Shown piece by piece: positions 16,898 to 26,312 of a DNA stretch of 32,000 nt. Source of the stretch: Candidatus Hermodarchaeota archaeon (GTDB taxonomy: Archaea; Asgardarchaeota; Heimdallarchaeia; Hodarchaeales; Hodarchaeaceae); NCBI GenBank assembly GCA_048886185.1, contig JBHLKY010000007.1:90001-122000 (forward strand). Reading direction: 5' to 3'. Position 1 is the stretch's first letter, and each line of letters starts with the position of its first letter. The notes beneath the pieces are model-generated. The model was not told the DNA's origin, did not search any database, and worked only from the letters and a program-made list of their open reading frames with translations. A program made the position numbers and the translations under genes.

Positions 16898-18346
16898 GTG
16901 GTAAAATTGTCAACACAATTATTAGAATGGATTGATAGAAATCGAGATCAGTTCATTACAATTAGTAACCGAATCTGGAATTTAGCTGAACTTGGATTAT
17001 TTGAAACAGAATCCTCAGAATTATTAGCATGTAATCTCGAAGAAGCTGGTTTTACTGTCAAACGGGGGATTGCAGATATGCCAACAGCCTTTGTGGCTAG
17101 CTATGGGACTGAAGATCCTATCATAGCCATACTAGGAGAATTTGATGCATTACCAGGGCTTAGTCAAGTGGTGGAACCAGTCAAGAAGCCCCTTGAAGAA
17201 GGTAAACCTGGACATGGTTGTGGTCACAACCTATATGGTGCAGCTTGTCTGGCAGCATGTTTGGCTGTCAAAGAGGCAATTGAATCAGGAGAAGTAGTAG
17301 GAACCATTCGATTCTATGGGTGTCCCGCCGAGGAAAATGCGGATGGAAAAGGGTGGATGATAAATGCTGGTGCATTCGATGATGTTCATATTTCACTGAC
17401 ATGGCACCCTTGGGACATTAATTTTGTAATGGCAAATAACTTCCAAGCGATGTACAATGTTACTTTCCAGTTTAAAGGGCAAACAGCTCATGCTGCGGGG
17501 GATCCGTTCAATGGAAGATCTGCTCTTGATGCTGTAGAGTTAATGAACGTTGGATGTAACTATCTTCGGGAGCACATGATTCCTGATGCTCGCGTTCACT
17601 ATGTTATAACAAAAGGAGGTCAGGCACCTAATATTGTACCTGATGAAGCTGAGGTATGGTATTTTGTTAGAGGGCCGAGGATTGCAGATGTTAAAGCTCT
17701 ATATTCAAGGGTGCTTAATGTTGCGGAGGGGGCGGCTTTAATGACAGAAACCAAAGTTACTGTAACTCTCCTTGGTGGTTCAGCAAATCTCTTACTTAAC
17801 GAAACATTAGAAAATTTGTTACATGAGAAAATGATTGAAATTGGGCCACCTAAATATTCTGAAGACGAGTTCGTATTTGCCAAACGAATTCGTGAGTCTT
17901 TTCCTGAAAATTATTTTGATAACACACTGGCCGTCCTCCCTCAAGATGCCAAACCTTTCTTAGAGCGATTTAGAAATATGGTGTTTTGTGATACCGTTAT
18001 TCCGATTTTTGGTAGAGGTATTACCCTTGGTGGATCAACTGATGTTGGTGATGTCTCTTGGATTACTCCATTGGCGCAATTTGCCACTGTATGCGGGGCA
18101 ATTGGAACTCCTGGTCACTCATGGCAAGCAGTTGCACAAAATGGTATGAGTATTGGACACAAAGGGATGATATATGCTGCAAAAATTCTTGGACTTGCAT
18201 CGTTAGAGCTAATGCGAAAGCCAGAGTTGGTTGATAAAGCGAGAAAAGAGTTTGAAGAGAAGATCAAGAAAACTCCATTTGAGAGTCCCTTACCTGAGGG
18301 TGCTAAACCTCCTATTGAATATTACAGAAGATTGTATAAGCAATGA
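16898..18346 (+). CDS. M20D amidohydrolase (AbgB / aminobenzoyl-glutamate hydrolase subunit B-like)
   Basis: Motifs GEFDALPGL, GHGCGHN, CPAEE, TWHP, AHAAG, GSTDVGDVSW and GHSW. Confidence 0.92.
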   Translation: MVKLSTQLLEWIDRNRDQFITISNRIWNLAELGLFETESSELLACNLEEAGFTVKRGIADMPTAFVASYGTEDPIIAILGEFDALPGLSQVVEPVKKPLEEGKPGHGCGHNLYGAACLAACLAVKEAIESGEVVGTIRFYGCPAEENADGKGWMINAGAFDDVHISLTWHPWDINFVMANNFQAMYNVTFQFKGQTAHAAGDPFNGRSALDAVELMNVGCNYLREHMIPDARVHYVITKGGQAPNIVPDEAEVWYFVRGPRIADVKALYSRVLNVAEGAALMTETKVTVTLLGGSANLLLNETLENLLHEKMIEIGPPKYSEDEFVFAKRIRESFPENYFDNTLAVLPQDAKPFLERFRNMVFCDTVIPIFGRGITLGGSTDVGDVSWITPLAQFATVCGAIGTPGHSWQAVAQNGMSIGHKGMIYAAKILGLASLELMRKPELVDKARKEFEEKIKKTPFESPLPEGAKPPIEYYRRLYKQ

Positions 18347-18425
18347 TACATTGAGTTTTTTTTGAGCAGAAACTTCAAGAAGTAACTTTTTAATAGAGCT
18401 CCACCCCTTATTGTAGGAATGAGTC

Positions 18426-19034
18426 ATGGTTTCTAGTGATTATCTTAAACCAACCTTTTTTATTGACAGTAATTCCGACATTGTGACGGAATTAGCACGA
18501 ATGCTTTCCAAAGGAATAAGTAAGAAAGATGTGATAGCTATTAATACTTTTAACTTTGTAAGAGATGAAATCAAGTATACAATTGATATTACCCAGTATC
18601 ACACTCCTGAAGATATGAAAGCGAGTACGACTATTGAGCGAAAGATTGGTTTTTGTATCCCAAAATCAATTGCATTGGTCGCGCTTCTGCGTGCGAATGA
18701 AATTCCTGCCAGATTGCATTTTGCGGACATAATTAATCGTAGAATTCCATCACACTTACTAGAGCTCTTACAAACCAATGTTATGATATTCCATGGATAT
18801 GCGGAAGTATTCCTTGGGAAATGGATAAAATTAACACCTTCTTTTCAGACTCCACTTTGTGAACGTCATAATTTCCCGGTTTGCTTCTTTGATGGGAGGA
18901 ATGATGCTACTTTCAAACCATTTGATAATGATGGAAATCCATTTGTAGAGTACATAAATGATAGAGGGGTTTATGCTGATCTTCCATACGATGAAATCTT
19001 CACTGCTTTCCGTGAGTATTACGGATATCTCTGA
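18426..19034 (+). CDS. transglutaminase-like domain protein
   Basis: GFCIPKSIALVALLRANEIPARL (catalytic Cys) and FHGYAEV (His). Confidence 0.9.
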   Translation: MVSSDYLKPTFFIDSNSDIVTELARMLSKGISKKDVIAINTFNFVRDEIKYTIDITQYHTPEDMKASTTIERKIGFCIPKSIALVALLRANEIPARLHFADIINRRIPSHLLELLQTNVMIFHGYAEVFLGKWIKLTPSFQTPLCERHNFPVCFFDGRNDATFKPFDNDGNPFVEYINDRGVYADLPYDEIFTAFREYYGYL

Positions 19035-19323
19035 TATAAGAATAACATTTCTAATTCTTTTTGTTTTCTAAGCATTTTATGTCTGGAATGGAAAAGTTTA
19101 ACCTCTGTACTTGAAATAATAGACTATCTTGAGAGAAAAAGGAAATTAATTTTGGTAAGATTTAAAAGCAATAAAAATCTCCAGAATCTCTTTTGAATAC
19201 AAAGATTAATGGTAATCTTTGAGAGATGAAATCTATGAGAAGGGATTGAGGGAAGATTGATAAATATCAGAGAGGAAATATAATTATAGCAATAATTATC
19301 ACTAGAGATAAGAGGTTTTCTGA

Positions 19324-21027
19324 ATGAAAGATCCTGCAAAGGATGAAGAATTTAGGAGAAGAATGGAAGAATTACTTCCTTGCATGTTTGATTATGTTGA
19401 TCATTATGCAAAAGAAAAAGGTTCATCTCTCGCCCTCATTGAGTATGAGACGGGAGAAGAAGTGACTTGGAAAGATTTTGCCACAAAAACGAAGGCATTT
19501 GCAGCAAAATTACTTTCTATTGGATTGAAAAAAGGAGATATTGTAGCGACCTCTCTTCCCTTATTAAAAGAACATATCTTTTTAATGTACGCTTGTTATC
19601 GAATAGGAGTTATCATTGCTCCATTAGATCTAAGATTGAAAGCTCAAGAAATAAACCGTAATTTTGAGAAGATTAAGCCTAAAGTATATCTCTTTTTAGG
19701 AAAGACAGAAAATGTTGATTTTCGTCCTATTATTGCTGAAGTAATGAAAAACCATAAAAACACGTGTAAATACTGGGTACAGTTTCAACGTGAAGAAGAC
19801 CTGATCATGGATGGAGCTGTGAGTATAACTGAGTTTGTCAAAGGTATTAAAGGAACATATGTTAAATCATTGATAACAAGAAGCGTTAAAAAAGCGCAGA
19901 ACCAAATTGCTAAGAATGATCCCTGTTTAATTATCTTTACTACAGGTTCAACTGGTTTTCCTAAACCTGCCCTACTTTCTCATGAGAATATTTTAGTACA
20001 AAATATTGGCCTTGCTTTAGGTTTTGGTATGGATGAGAATGACATAATGTGCGTTAATCTTCCTCCCAGTCATGTCGGATGCACCACAGAACAATTAGCT
20101 ACAACAATATACAGTGGGGGTATAAGTGTGATTCTACATATTTTTGATGCTGAGAAGACATTAGATGCAATTCAAAAATACAAAGTGACAGTACTTGGCC
20201 AAATTCCAGCCCTATTTGCAATGCAATGGCGTCTACCAAATTATAACGAATACGATTTATCCTCTTTGCGATTTGCCATCTATGGTGGGCAGGCTGTAAC
20301 CCGCCCATTCCTTGAACAATTATCTACAATGGCTCCAGAGATGGGGAGTGGTTTTGGCTTAACTGAAAGTTCAGGTTTCATTACATATACTCCTCACGGT
20401 GGAACAGTTGATGATATTCTTGCTAGTATTGGTTATGCTTTTTCCGCTAGTCCCATATCAATTAGAGATTCTATGAAAGCAGATGGTTCCGCTGGTGATG
20501 AAAAGGCTCCTGGAGAAGTTGGAGAGATCTGCTTCTCTGGCCCCCAGGTATTTCTTGGGTATTTTGGTGATGAAGAAAACACAAAAAAGGTTATTTCTAC
20601 TGATGGAATATGTTATTCGGGTGATCTGGGTTCTTATGACGATAGAGGGCTTCATTTTGCTGGAAGAGCTAAATTTATTATAAAACCAAAGGGATACAAC
20701 GTTTTTCCAACAGAAGTCGAAGATTTTATTGAGCATTCATTCAAAGGGAAGGTTGGTACAGTTGCTTGTGTTGGTATCTCCCATGAGGTCTTTACAGAAG
20801 GAATAATGGCATTTGTCGAAGTAGTTGAAGGATCCACTGTCACCCTAATCCAATTGGAGGAAGCAATGAAGGATATTGCAGCTTATAAACGACCAAGTCA
20901 TTTTGAGATAATAAAAACAGGAGAAATTCCTCTAACGCGGATTGGTAAAACAGATTATATGATTTTGAAACAGAAGGGAGAGGAAATCGCCCAAAGACTA
21001 CGATCTGAAGGAAAATGGGATTCCTAA
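19324..21027 (+). CDS. class I adenylate-forming enzyme (acyl-CoA synthetase/AMP-binding)
   Basis: Motifs FTTGSTGFPK (A3), GFGLTE (A5), GEICFSG, YSGDLG (A7) and GKTDY. Confidence 0.93.
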   Translation: MKDPAKDEEFRRRMEELLPCMFDYVDHYAKEKGSSLALIEYETGEEVTWKDFATKTKAFAAKLLSIGLKKGDIVATSLPLLKEHIFLMYACYRIGVIIAPLDLRLKAQEINRNFEKIKPKVYLFLGKTENVDFRPIIAEVMKNHKNTCKYWVQFQREEDLIMDGAVSITEFVKGIKGTYVKSLITRSVKKAQNQIAKNDPCLIIFTTGSTGFPKPALLSHENILVQNIGLALGFGMDENDIMCVNLPPSHVGCTTEQLATTIYSGGISVILHIFDAEKTLDAIQKYKVTVLGQIPALFAMQWRLPNYNEYDLSSLRFAIYGGQAVTRPFLEQLSTMAPEMGSGFGLTESSGFITYTPHGGTVDDILASIGYAFSASPISIRDSMKADGSAGDEKAPGEVGEICFSGPQVFLGYFGDEENTKKVISTDGICYSGDLGSYDDRGLHFAGRAKFIIKPKGYNVFPTEVEDFIEHSFKGKVGTVACVGISHEVFTEGIMAFVEVVEGSTVTLIQLEEAMKDIAAYKRPSHFEIIKTGEIPLTRIGKTDYMILKQKGEEIAQRLRSEGKWDS

Positions 21028-21183
21028 TTGTGTATCACCCACATCTTAGAACTTAATTCTATTTTCTTTTTTACAATTTAGAGAACTTATTTTCCAGAAG
21101 TCTATTATCAGATATGATCAACAATGTTATTATTCAATAATGAAATTGACATTACAGATACCTCAGCATAATGGTGACGCAAT

Positions 21184-22002
21184 GTGACCCCTGACATACT
21201 TCTATCCAACGATGATGGTATTTATTCAAGCGGAATTCGCTCATTCGCTTGTGCGATGCAGGAACGTAAATGGGATGTTACGATAATTGCTCCCCGTTCC
21301 CAGCGTTCTGCAGAAGGGAAAGCAATTACTTTCGATCAACCAGTGAGAATACAAGAGGTTCCATTATCTTACCTAAATGGGAAAGTTGGATGGCGGACTA
21401 CTGGTACTCCTGCTGATGCCGTGATTCATGGAGTCTATCAACGAGCGAATGGTGGTAAACCCCCCTTTGATCTAATTGTTTCTGGTATTAATGCTGGAGA
21501 GAACACCAGTCTTCATTCTATTTTAACATCAGGAACCTGCGCGGTATCATTTGAAGCAGCTCTCCTTGGATTGCCAGCTATTGCGTTTTCTATGGATGTG
21601 GACGAACGTCTCTTCTTTGATGATTTCGCTGATCCTCTTGGCATGAAAATTGCAGCAAACACTGCCTGTGACATAATGGAAAAAGTACTCAAAAATAATG
21701 GACTTCCTTCTGGTGTTAGATTTCTGAATGTTAATTTTCCTGATACAATTTCGGAAAGTACACCAATTCAAATTTGTCCGATGGCCATGACAAAGTATCG
21801 TGATTATACAATTCGTCGTGAGGATCCTAGAGGAGTTCCTTATTATTGGATTTGGGGAGAAACGCTAGATATCCCCAAAAACACCGATGCTTATGCAGTA
21901 CTGAAGAAAAAAGTCACAAGTATAACTCCTATTACATTTAATTTCGATGGTCGTGAAAATCCAGCTATTAACCAGTCTTTGAATTTCTTAAAGCGAGAAT
22001 AG
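21184..22002 (+). CDS. surE: 5'/3'-nucleotidase SurE
   Basis: Motifs ILLSNDDG, GTPADAV, SGINAGEN, SGT, LNVNFP, EDPRGVPYYW and SITP. Confidence 0.95.
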   Translation: MTPDILLSNDDGIYSSGIRSFACAMQERKWDVTIIAPRSQRSAEGKAITFDQPVRIQEVPLSYLNGKVGWRTTGTPADAVIHGVYQRANGGKPPFDLIVSGINAGENTSLHSILTSGTCAVSFEAALLGLPAIAFSMDVDERLFFDDFADPLGMKIAANTACDIMEKVLKNNGLPSGVRFLNVNFPDTISESTPIQICPMAMTKYRDYTIRREDPRGVPYYWIWGETLDIPKNTDAYAVLKKKVTSITPITFNFDGRENPAINQSLNFLKRE

Positions 22003-22151
22003 AGGAATTCTATAATAATTCTTGAGTATTTATTCTAGCCTATGTAACATAAAATATCGATATTCCTACAAATTATAACCGAGCTTTTATATATATCAAT
22101 AGAAAAATCATGCAAGTACTTAATATTAAAAACGATTGGTGGTTATTCTAG

Positions 22152-22361
22152 TTGAGTCAAAAAGGGTTTTTAAGCAGATTCTCTTGGCGTGAATACCTTC
22201 TTATTGGAGGATTACTAATTATATGGGCAACGGTTGGTTTCTTTTCTTTTCAAGCTTTTGGTAACGACGATATTGAGACCATAGGGGTTGCTTTGTTTCT
22301 TGGAGTCATATGTACTGGAGCCCTATTGATTCTTATAGCCCTTGTTGAAAGAATATTTTAG
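22152..22361 (+). CDS. small two-helix membrane protein (paralog of 24969-25169)
   Basis: TTG with GGTGGT RBS; two hydrophobic helices; ~25 of 64 positions identical, without gaps, to the 24969 product. Confidence 0.8.
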   Translation: MSQKGFLSRFSWREYLLIGGLLIIWATVGFFSFQAFGNDDIETIGVALFLGVICTGALLILIALVERIF

Positions 22362-22612
22362 ACCCAAGCCATTCCATATTTAAAATTATTCGTTTCCACT
22401 ATTCATCAGTTATCATCCTACCCATATTGTAGTTATAATCAAGCATTCTGGACTTTTGTACAAGAAGTATTACTAATATACATAAGATTATAATGACATC
22501 TTTTATCCTTCTGGTACTTTCCTGTTTGTTCACTGTTGTAATCATCCCAAAGAAAAGGAAATCTGGGAGAAAGTAACACTAAGTAGAGGATTGAGAGAAT
22601 AGTCCAAATAGG

Positions 22613-22907
22613 CTAAGTTATTAGATCTTTTACAGTTTTTAGCAAAAACTCTAGGTCCTTTTCTAATCTAGTCTTTAAAGTAAAATCCTTCATGTATTGC
22701 ATGTTGAGATGTTTTAATTTTCGTAGTTAGACGCTTTTTGCATCTTCAAAGTTTTGATTTCTATCAGTTTGACCTCTAGCATAGTATAATTTAAAGACTA
22801 TAAGATCCTCAGGGATCTGTAAAAAAGCCTTATTATCTTCTGTCTCGAAAACTTCTTGATTGATCCGCTTTTTTAAAGAATTCTTCAAAATCAGTATAGA
22901 TTGTCAA
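22613..22907 (-). pseudogene. decayed nucleotidyltransferase (DUF6036/AbiEii-like toxin) remnant
   Basis: GAGGAG RBS + TTG 22907 gives MTIYTDFEEFFKK. A frameshift near 22870 leads to ...AFLQIPEDLIVFKLYYARGQTDRNQNFEDAKSV*LRKLKHLNMQYM..., the C-terminal PEDL-x-x-x-KL...R..D motif of this family. There is an internal TAA at 22729-22727 and the catalytic core is missing. Confidence 0.65.
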
Positions 22908-22926
22908 TTAAATCTCCTCAAGTAAA

Positions 22927-23130
22927 TTACATAAAAAGGACAAAACGAAGTTGTTTGAGGAGTTCCTTTTCGTTTGCGTTAGGATTTTCTTTCTTTATTT
23001 TTTTAAGTAATGAATCCACAACTGTTTTTGTCATTGATGCAGCGATTTTTGACGATGAACCACCAATGCGTTGAAGAGCCAGAATATCGGTATATATTGG
23101 ATCAATTATTCTTTTTTGCGGTTTTTTCGT
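22927..23130 (-). pseudogene. small helical protein, probable antitoxin, with apparent start-codon mutation (ACG)
   Basis: AGGTGG RBS, 6 nt, then ACG and a 67-codon open frame KKPQKRIIDPIYTDILALQRIGG...IKKENPNANEKELLKQLRFVLFM*. It ends 19 nt before the NTase remnant. Confidence 0.6.
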
Positions 23131-23628
23131 TATTTTCCACCTATTAGAACTTAGATGCTTTTCACATCAAGATGCACATATTATCCCATTTTGAACCACG
23201 CTTGGAATGTATCTGCAGTTAAACTAATAAATAGTTTTGTGAATTTATACACCTTTCCATGAAAGACCTTAACAGTTTGACATATTTTCAAATTCAGATA
23301 GATAAATCAGGAGGATGATGAGAGCTTTGGTTAAATTTGGCAATAATAACAGCATAAACAAGAATTTATTTTTTCTATAGGGGTAAAAAGAGAATGATTC
23401 ATCCTAAGAACTTCCATGATGTTGAAAAAAACCTATCATTTCAATATCATTGCAACGCAAACTTAATTTACGTACTGGTATTCTATAGATGACAAGAAAG
23501 TCAATGTATCAGCGTTCCCAGTCTTAGATTTTCCTCAAATTACGTAAGCCAAGACGAAGTTTTTAATGGAAATTACGAAAGAATTCAATAATTTCGAATA
23601 GATCTAGCATTTAATGGGTTTGATTTTC

Positions 23629-24864
23629 ATGAAGATAATTAAGGTTGAATTATTTCACATTTCTATCCCACTTAAATCTATATTTTATCCATCGTGGATA
23701 CCTGGATATCCTCAAACACATAATCGTTTTACTCTCCTTCGTTTATCCACTAATGTTGGTATCACTGGAGTTGCTGCTGGGGTGGCTTTTGGTGAGGAAC
23801 GTGAGGGGTTAGGGGGTCTATTGGCACCATATATTTTAGGACTGGATCCTTGTGATCTTGATTTAGTACACCAAAGGATGATTGAAGCTTCCTTTTTAGG
23901 TTGGCGAAATTTCTGGATGGAAGCTGCTTTTTACGATATAAAAGCTCAAGCAGAAGGTGTTCCAGTTTGGAAGATGTTAGGTGGAACAGACAAACCCATT
24001 CCAGTTTATTGGTCTACTGGGGCAACGTGTCAGTCAAAGCGTCATTCAAAAATAGTCGAACAAGCTCAAGAAGCAGGATACAAAGGAGTGAAACTTCGAG
24101 TCAAAACAAAAACCATAGATGAAGATGTTACCGCTATCAGAGAAACAAGATCCCGGGTTGACCAAGATTTTCCTCTAATGATAGATGCAAACCAGGGTTG
24201 GTTGGTTACTATTGTTGACAGAACCCCTGCTTGGGATCTTAACCGAGCTCGACGATTTGTGGAATCAATAGAAGACCTCAATATACACTGGTTGGAAGAA
24301 CCTTTGGAGATGCACAAATATGAAGAATTAGCTGATCTACGAAGCTCCAGTTCAATCAGAATCGCGGGTGCTGAGTTAAATTCTGGGTGGCATGAAGCTA
24401 GGATGTTACTTCATTTCAAGAGTCTTGATCTCTATCAACCTGATGTTACTGTATTCGGTTTCAAAGATACATTAAAGGTTATTGACGCTACAAAACAACA
24501 AGGATTGGGATTCAGTCCTCATACTTGGACCAATGGAGTTGGTTTATGGACCAACCTACACACAGCTGCATTAACTAATCGAGAGTTTCCATTAGAGTAT
24601 CCTTACGAACCTGGATCATGGACCCCCGAATATCGAGATGGAATCCTGAAATCTACAATCGTTCCAGATAAAGAAGGCTGCATTGAGCTCCCAGAAGAGC
24701 CAGGCCTTGGCCTAAAAATCGATTGGAGTAAGGTGGAAAACTTTGGAAGAAAATTCTTTTCCATGACAGAAGGAGAATTACGAAAGAAGGTAATGAAAGA
24801 AAAGGGAATTATTTCTGCTCTAAAATTAAAACGTAGGAAAGATAAAGAAGCCAAACAAAGCTAA
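23629..24864 (+). CDS. mandelate racemase/muconate lactonizing enzyme (enolase superfamily) protein
   Basis: Motifs GYKGVKLRV, metal ligands DANQ / EEP / AGAE, QPD and PHTW. The ORF track start is 23614; the MKIIKVE start at 23629 is more typical. Confidence 0.92.
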   Translation: MKIIKVELFHISIPLKSIFYPSWIPGYPQTHNRFTLLRLSTNVGITGVAAGVAFGEEREGLGGLLAPYILGLDPCDLDLVHQRMIEASFLGWRNFWMEAAFYDIKAQAEGVPVWKMLGGTDKPIPVYWSTGATCQSKRHSKIVEQAQEAGYKGVKLRVKTKTIDEDVTAIRETRSRVDQDFPLMIDANQGWLVTIVDRTPAWDLNRARRFVESIEDLNIHWLEEPLEMHKYEELADLRSSSSIRIAGAELNSGWHEARMLLHFKSLDLYQPDVTVFGFKDTLKVIDATKQQGLGFSPHTWTNGVGLWTNLHTAALTNREFPLEYPYEPGSWTPEYRDGILKSTIVPDKEGCIELPEEPGLGLKIDWSKVENFGRKFFSMTEGELRKKVMKEKGIISALKLKRRKDKEAKQS

Positions 24865-24968
24865 TTATGAATAAAGATCTTCATTTATAGTCTTATAAAT
24901 TTGTTATATAAAAACGACAACAAACTCTATTATCAAGAAAAAAGAAAGTAAGTCTGGAGTCAATCTAT

Positions 24969-25169
24969 TTGAGCTTTCGAGAGAGATTTACTTGGAAGAA
25001 ATTCTTCTTATTTGCTGGTTTAATTATCATTTGGGTTATTGCTGCTTTCGCTTTGCTTCAAGCATTGAGTGAAGTTGATATCCTAACAGCTGGCCTCGCA
25101 ATCATTGTAGGGATTGTATTTTCTGGGATTCTTTACATTCTCATTAGTATAATCAATAGACTTTTGTAA
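24969..25169 (+). CDS. small two-helix membrane protein (paralog of 22152-22361)
   Basis: TTG with GGAG RBS; two hydrophobic helices; ungapped similarity to the 22152 product. Confidence 0.8.
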   Translation: MSFRERFTWKKFFLFAGLIIIWVIAAFALLQALSEVDILTAGLAIIVGIVFSGILYILISIINRLL

Positions 25170-25253
25170 AAATGAGTTCATTTCCCTTTACCCTGCCAGT
25201 CCGAGATGAATTTTGTGTCCCTCTAGTAGTAATCAATATCTGGAGAATTTGAT

Positions 25254-26207
25254 TTGCAAAAACTGGTTGATAAAATTTTAGAAGGTAATCGTCGGGCTAT
25301 TGCACAAGCTATTTCTTTAGTGGAAAATCAACCAGATAAGTGTGCCAATTTTATTAAAAAAATTTTTCATGCAACTGGAAATGCATTCATTGTTGGCATA
25401 ACTGGCCCTCCAGGATCAGGAAAGTCAACTTTAGTCAATAACTTGGCCGTTGAGTTTCGTAAACTTCAGAAGAAGGTCGGTATTATCGCAGTAGATCCTA
25501 CTTCTCCTTTTAGTGGTGGTGCTTTGCTAGGTGATCGAATTCGGATGGATGATTTACAAACAGATCCAGGCGTTTTTATAAGGTCAATGGGTTCCCGTGG
25601 AAGCCTCGGGGGATTAAGTCGAGCAACAATGGATGCTGTTCGTGTCCTTGATGCTGCCAAATATGATATCATCTTGGTTGAGACTGTAGGTGCTGGACAG
25701 AGTGAGGTGGAAATTGTAAGAACTGCTCACTGTTGTTGCGTGTTAGGAATCCCTGGTACGGGAGATGCGGTTCAAGCTATAAAAGCTGGTATCTTAGAAA
25801 TTGCTGATATTTATGTTGTTAATAAAGCGGATCGCCCTGGGGCTCAAGAGATTGTTAATGAGTTGCAACTGCTGTTAAGTCTTGATCCTCTTGCTGAGGA
25901 AAAGGGACGATGGAAAATACCCGTAATTTCTACCTCCAATGTTGAGAAGACAGGAATATATGATTTAGTAGAGACTATACTAAGATTTCAAGACTATTTA
26001 ATAAAAGCTGTAGAATTTGCACATGAACGAGAGTTGATCCGTCGAAGAAATGAGATATTGGAGATTATAAAAATTGAATTTTTTGAGAATATTTTAGAAA
26101 ATCTCGTGAATAAACAAAAGTGGGAAGAACTCCTAAATGAGGTCATTACAAAAAAGACTGATCCCTATTCAGCTGCAAAATCCATAATGGATCCTCTCTT
26201 TAGGTAG
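25254..26207 (+). CDS. meaB: methylmalonyl-CoA mutase-associated GTPase MeaB
   Basis: Motifs GITGPPGSGKST, AVDPTSPFSGGALLGDRIRM, FIRSM, ETVGAGQSE and VVNKAD. Confidence 0.95.
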   Translation: MQKLVDKILEGNRRAIAQAISLVENQPDKCANFIKKIFHATGNAFIVGITGPPGSGKSTLVNNLAVEFRKLQKKVGIIAVDPTSPFSGGALLGDRIRMDDLQTDPGVFIRSMGSRGSLGGLSRATMDAVRVLDAAKYDIILVETVGAGQSEVEIVRTAHCCCVLGIPGTGDAVQAIKAGILEIADIYVVNKADRPGAQEIVNELQLLLSLDPLAEEKGRWKIPVISTSNVEKTGIYDLVETILRFQDYLIKAVEFAHERELIRRRNEILEIIKIEFFENILENLVNKQKWEELLNEVITKKTDPYSAAKSIMDPLFR

Positions 26208-26312
26208 TCTTATGAAATTAATCAATTATTTTATTCATTTCACGGTATATATAAGTATTAACAAGAATTTCACAATTAAGTTTGTTTTAGCAAATAGAAG
26301 GTCTACTATAAT

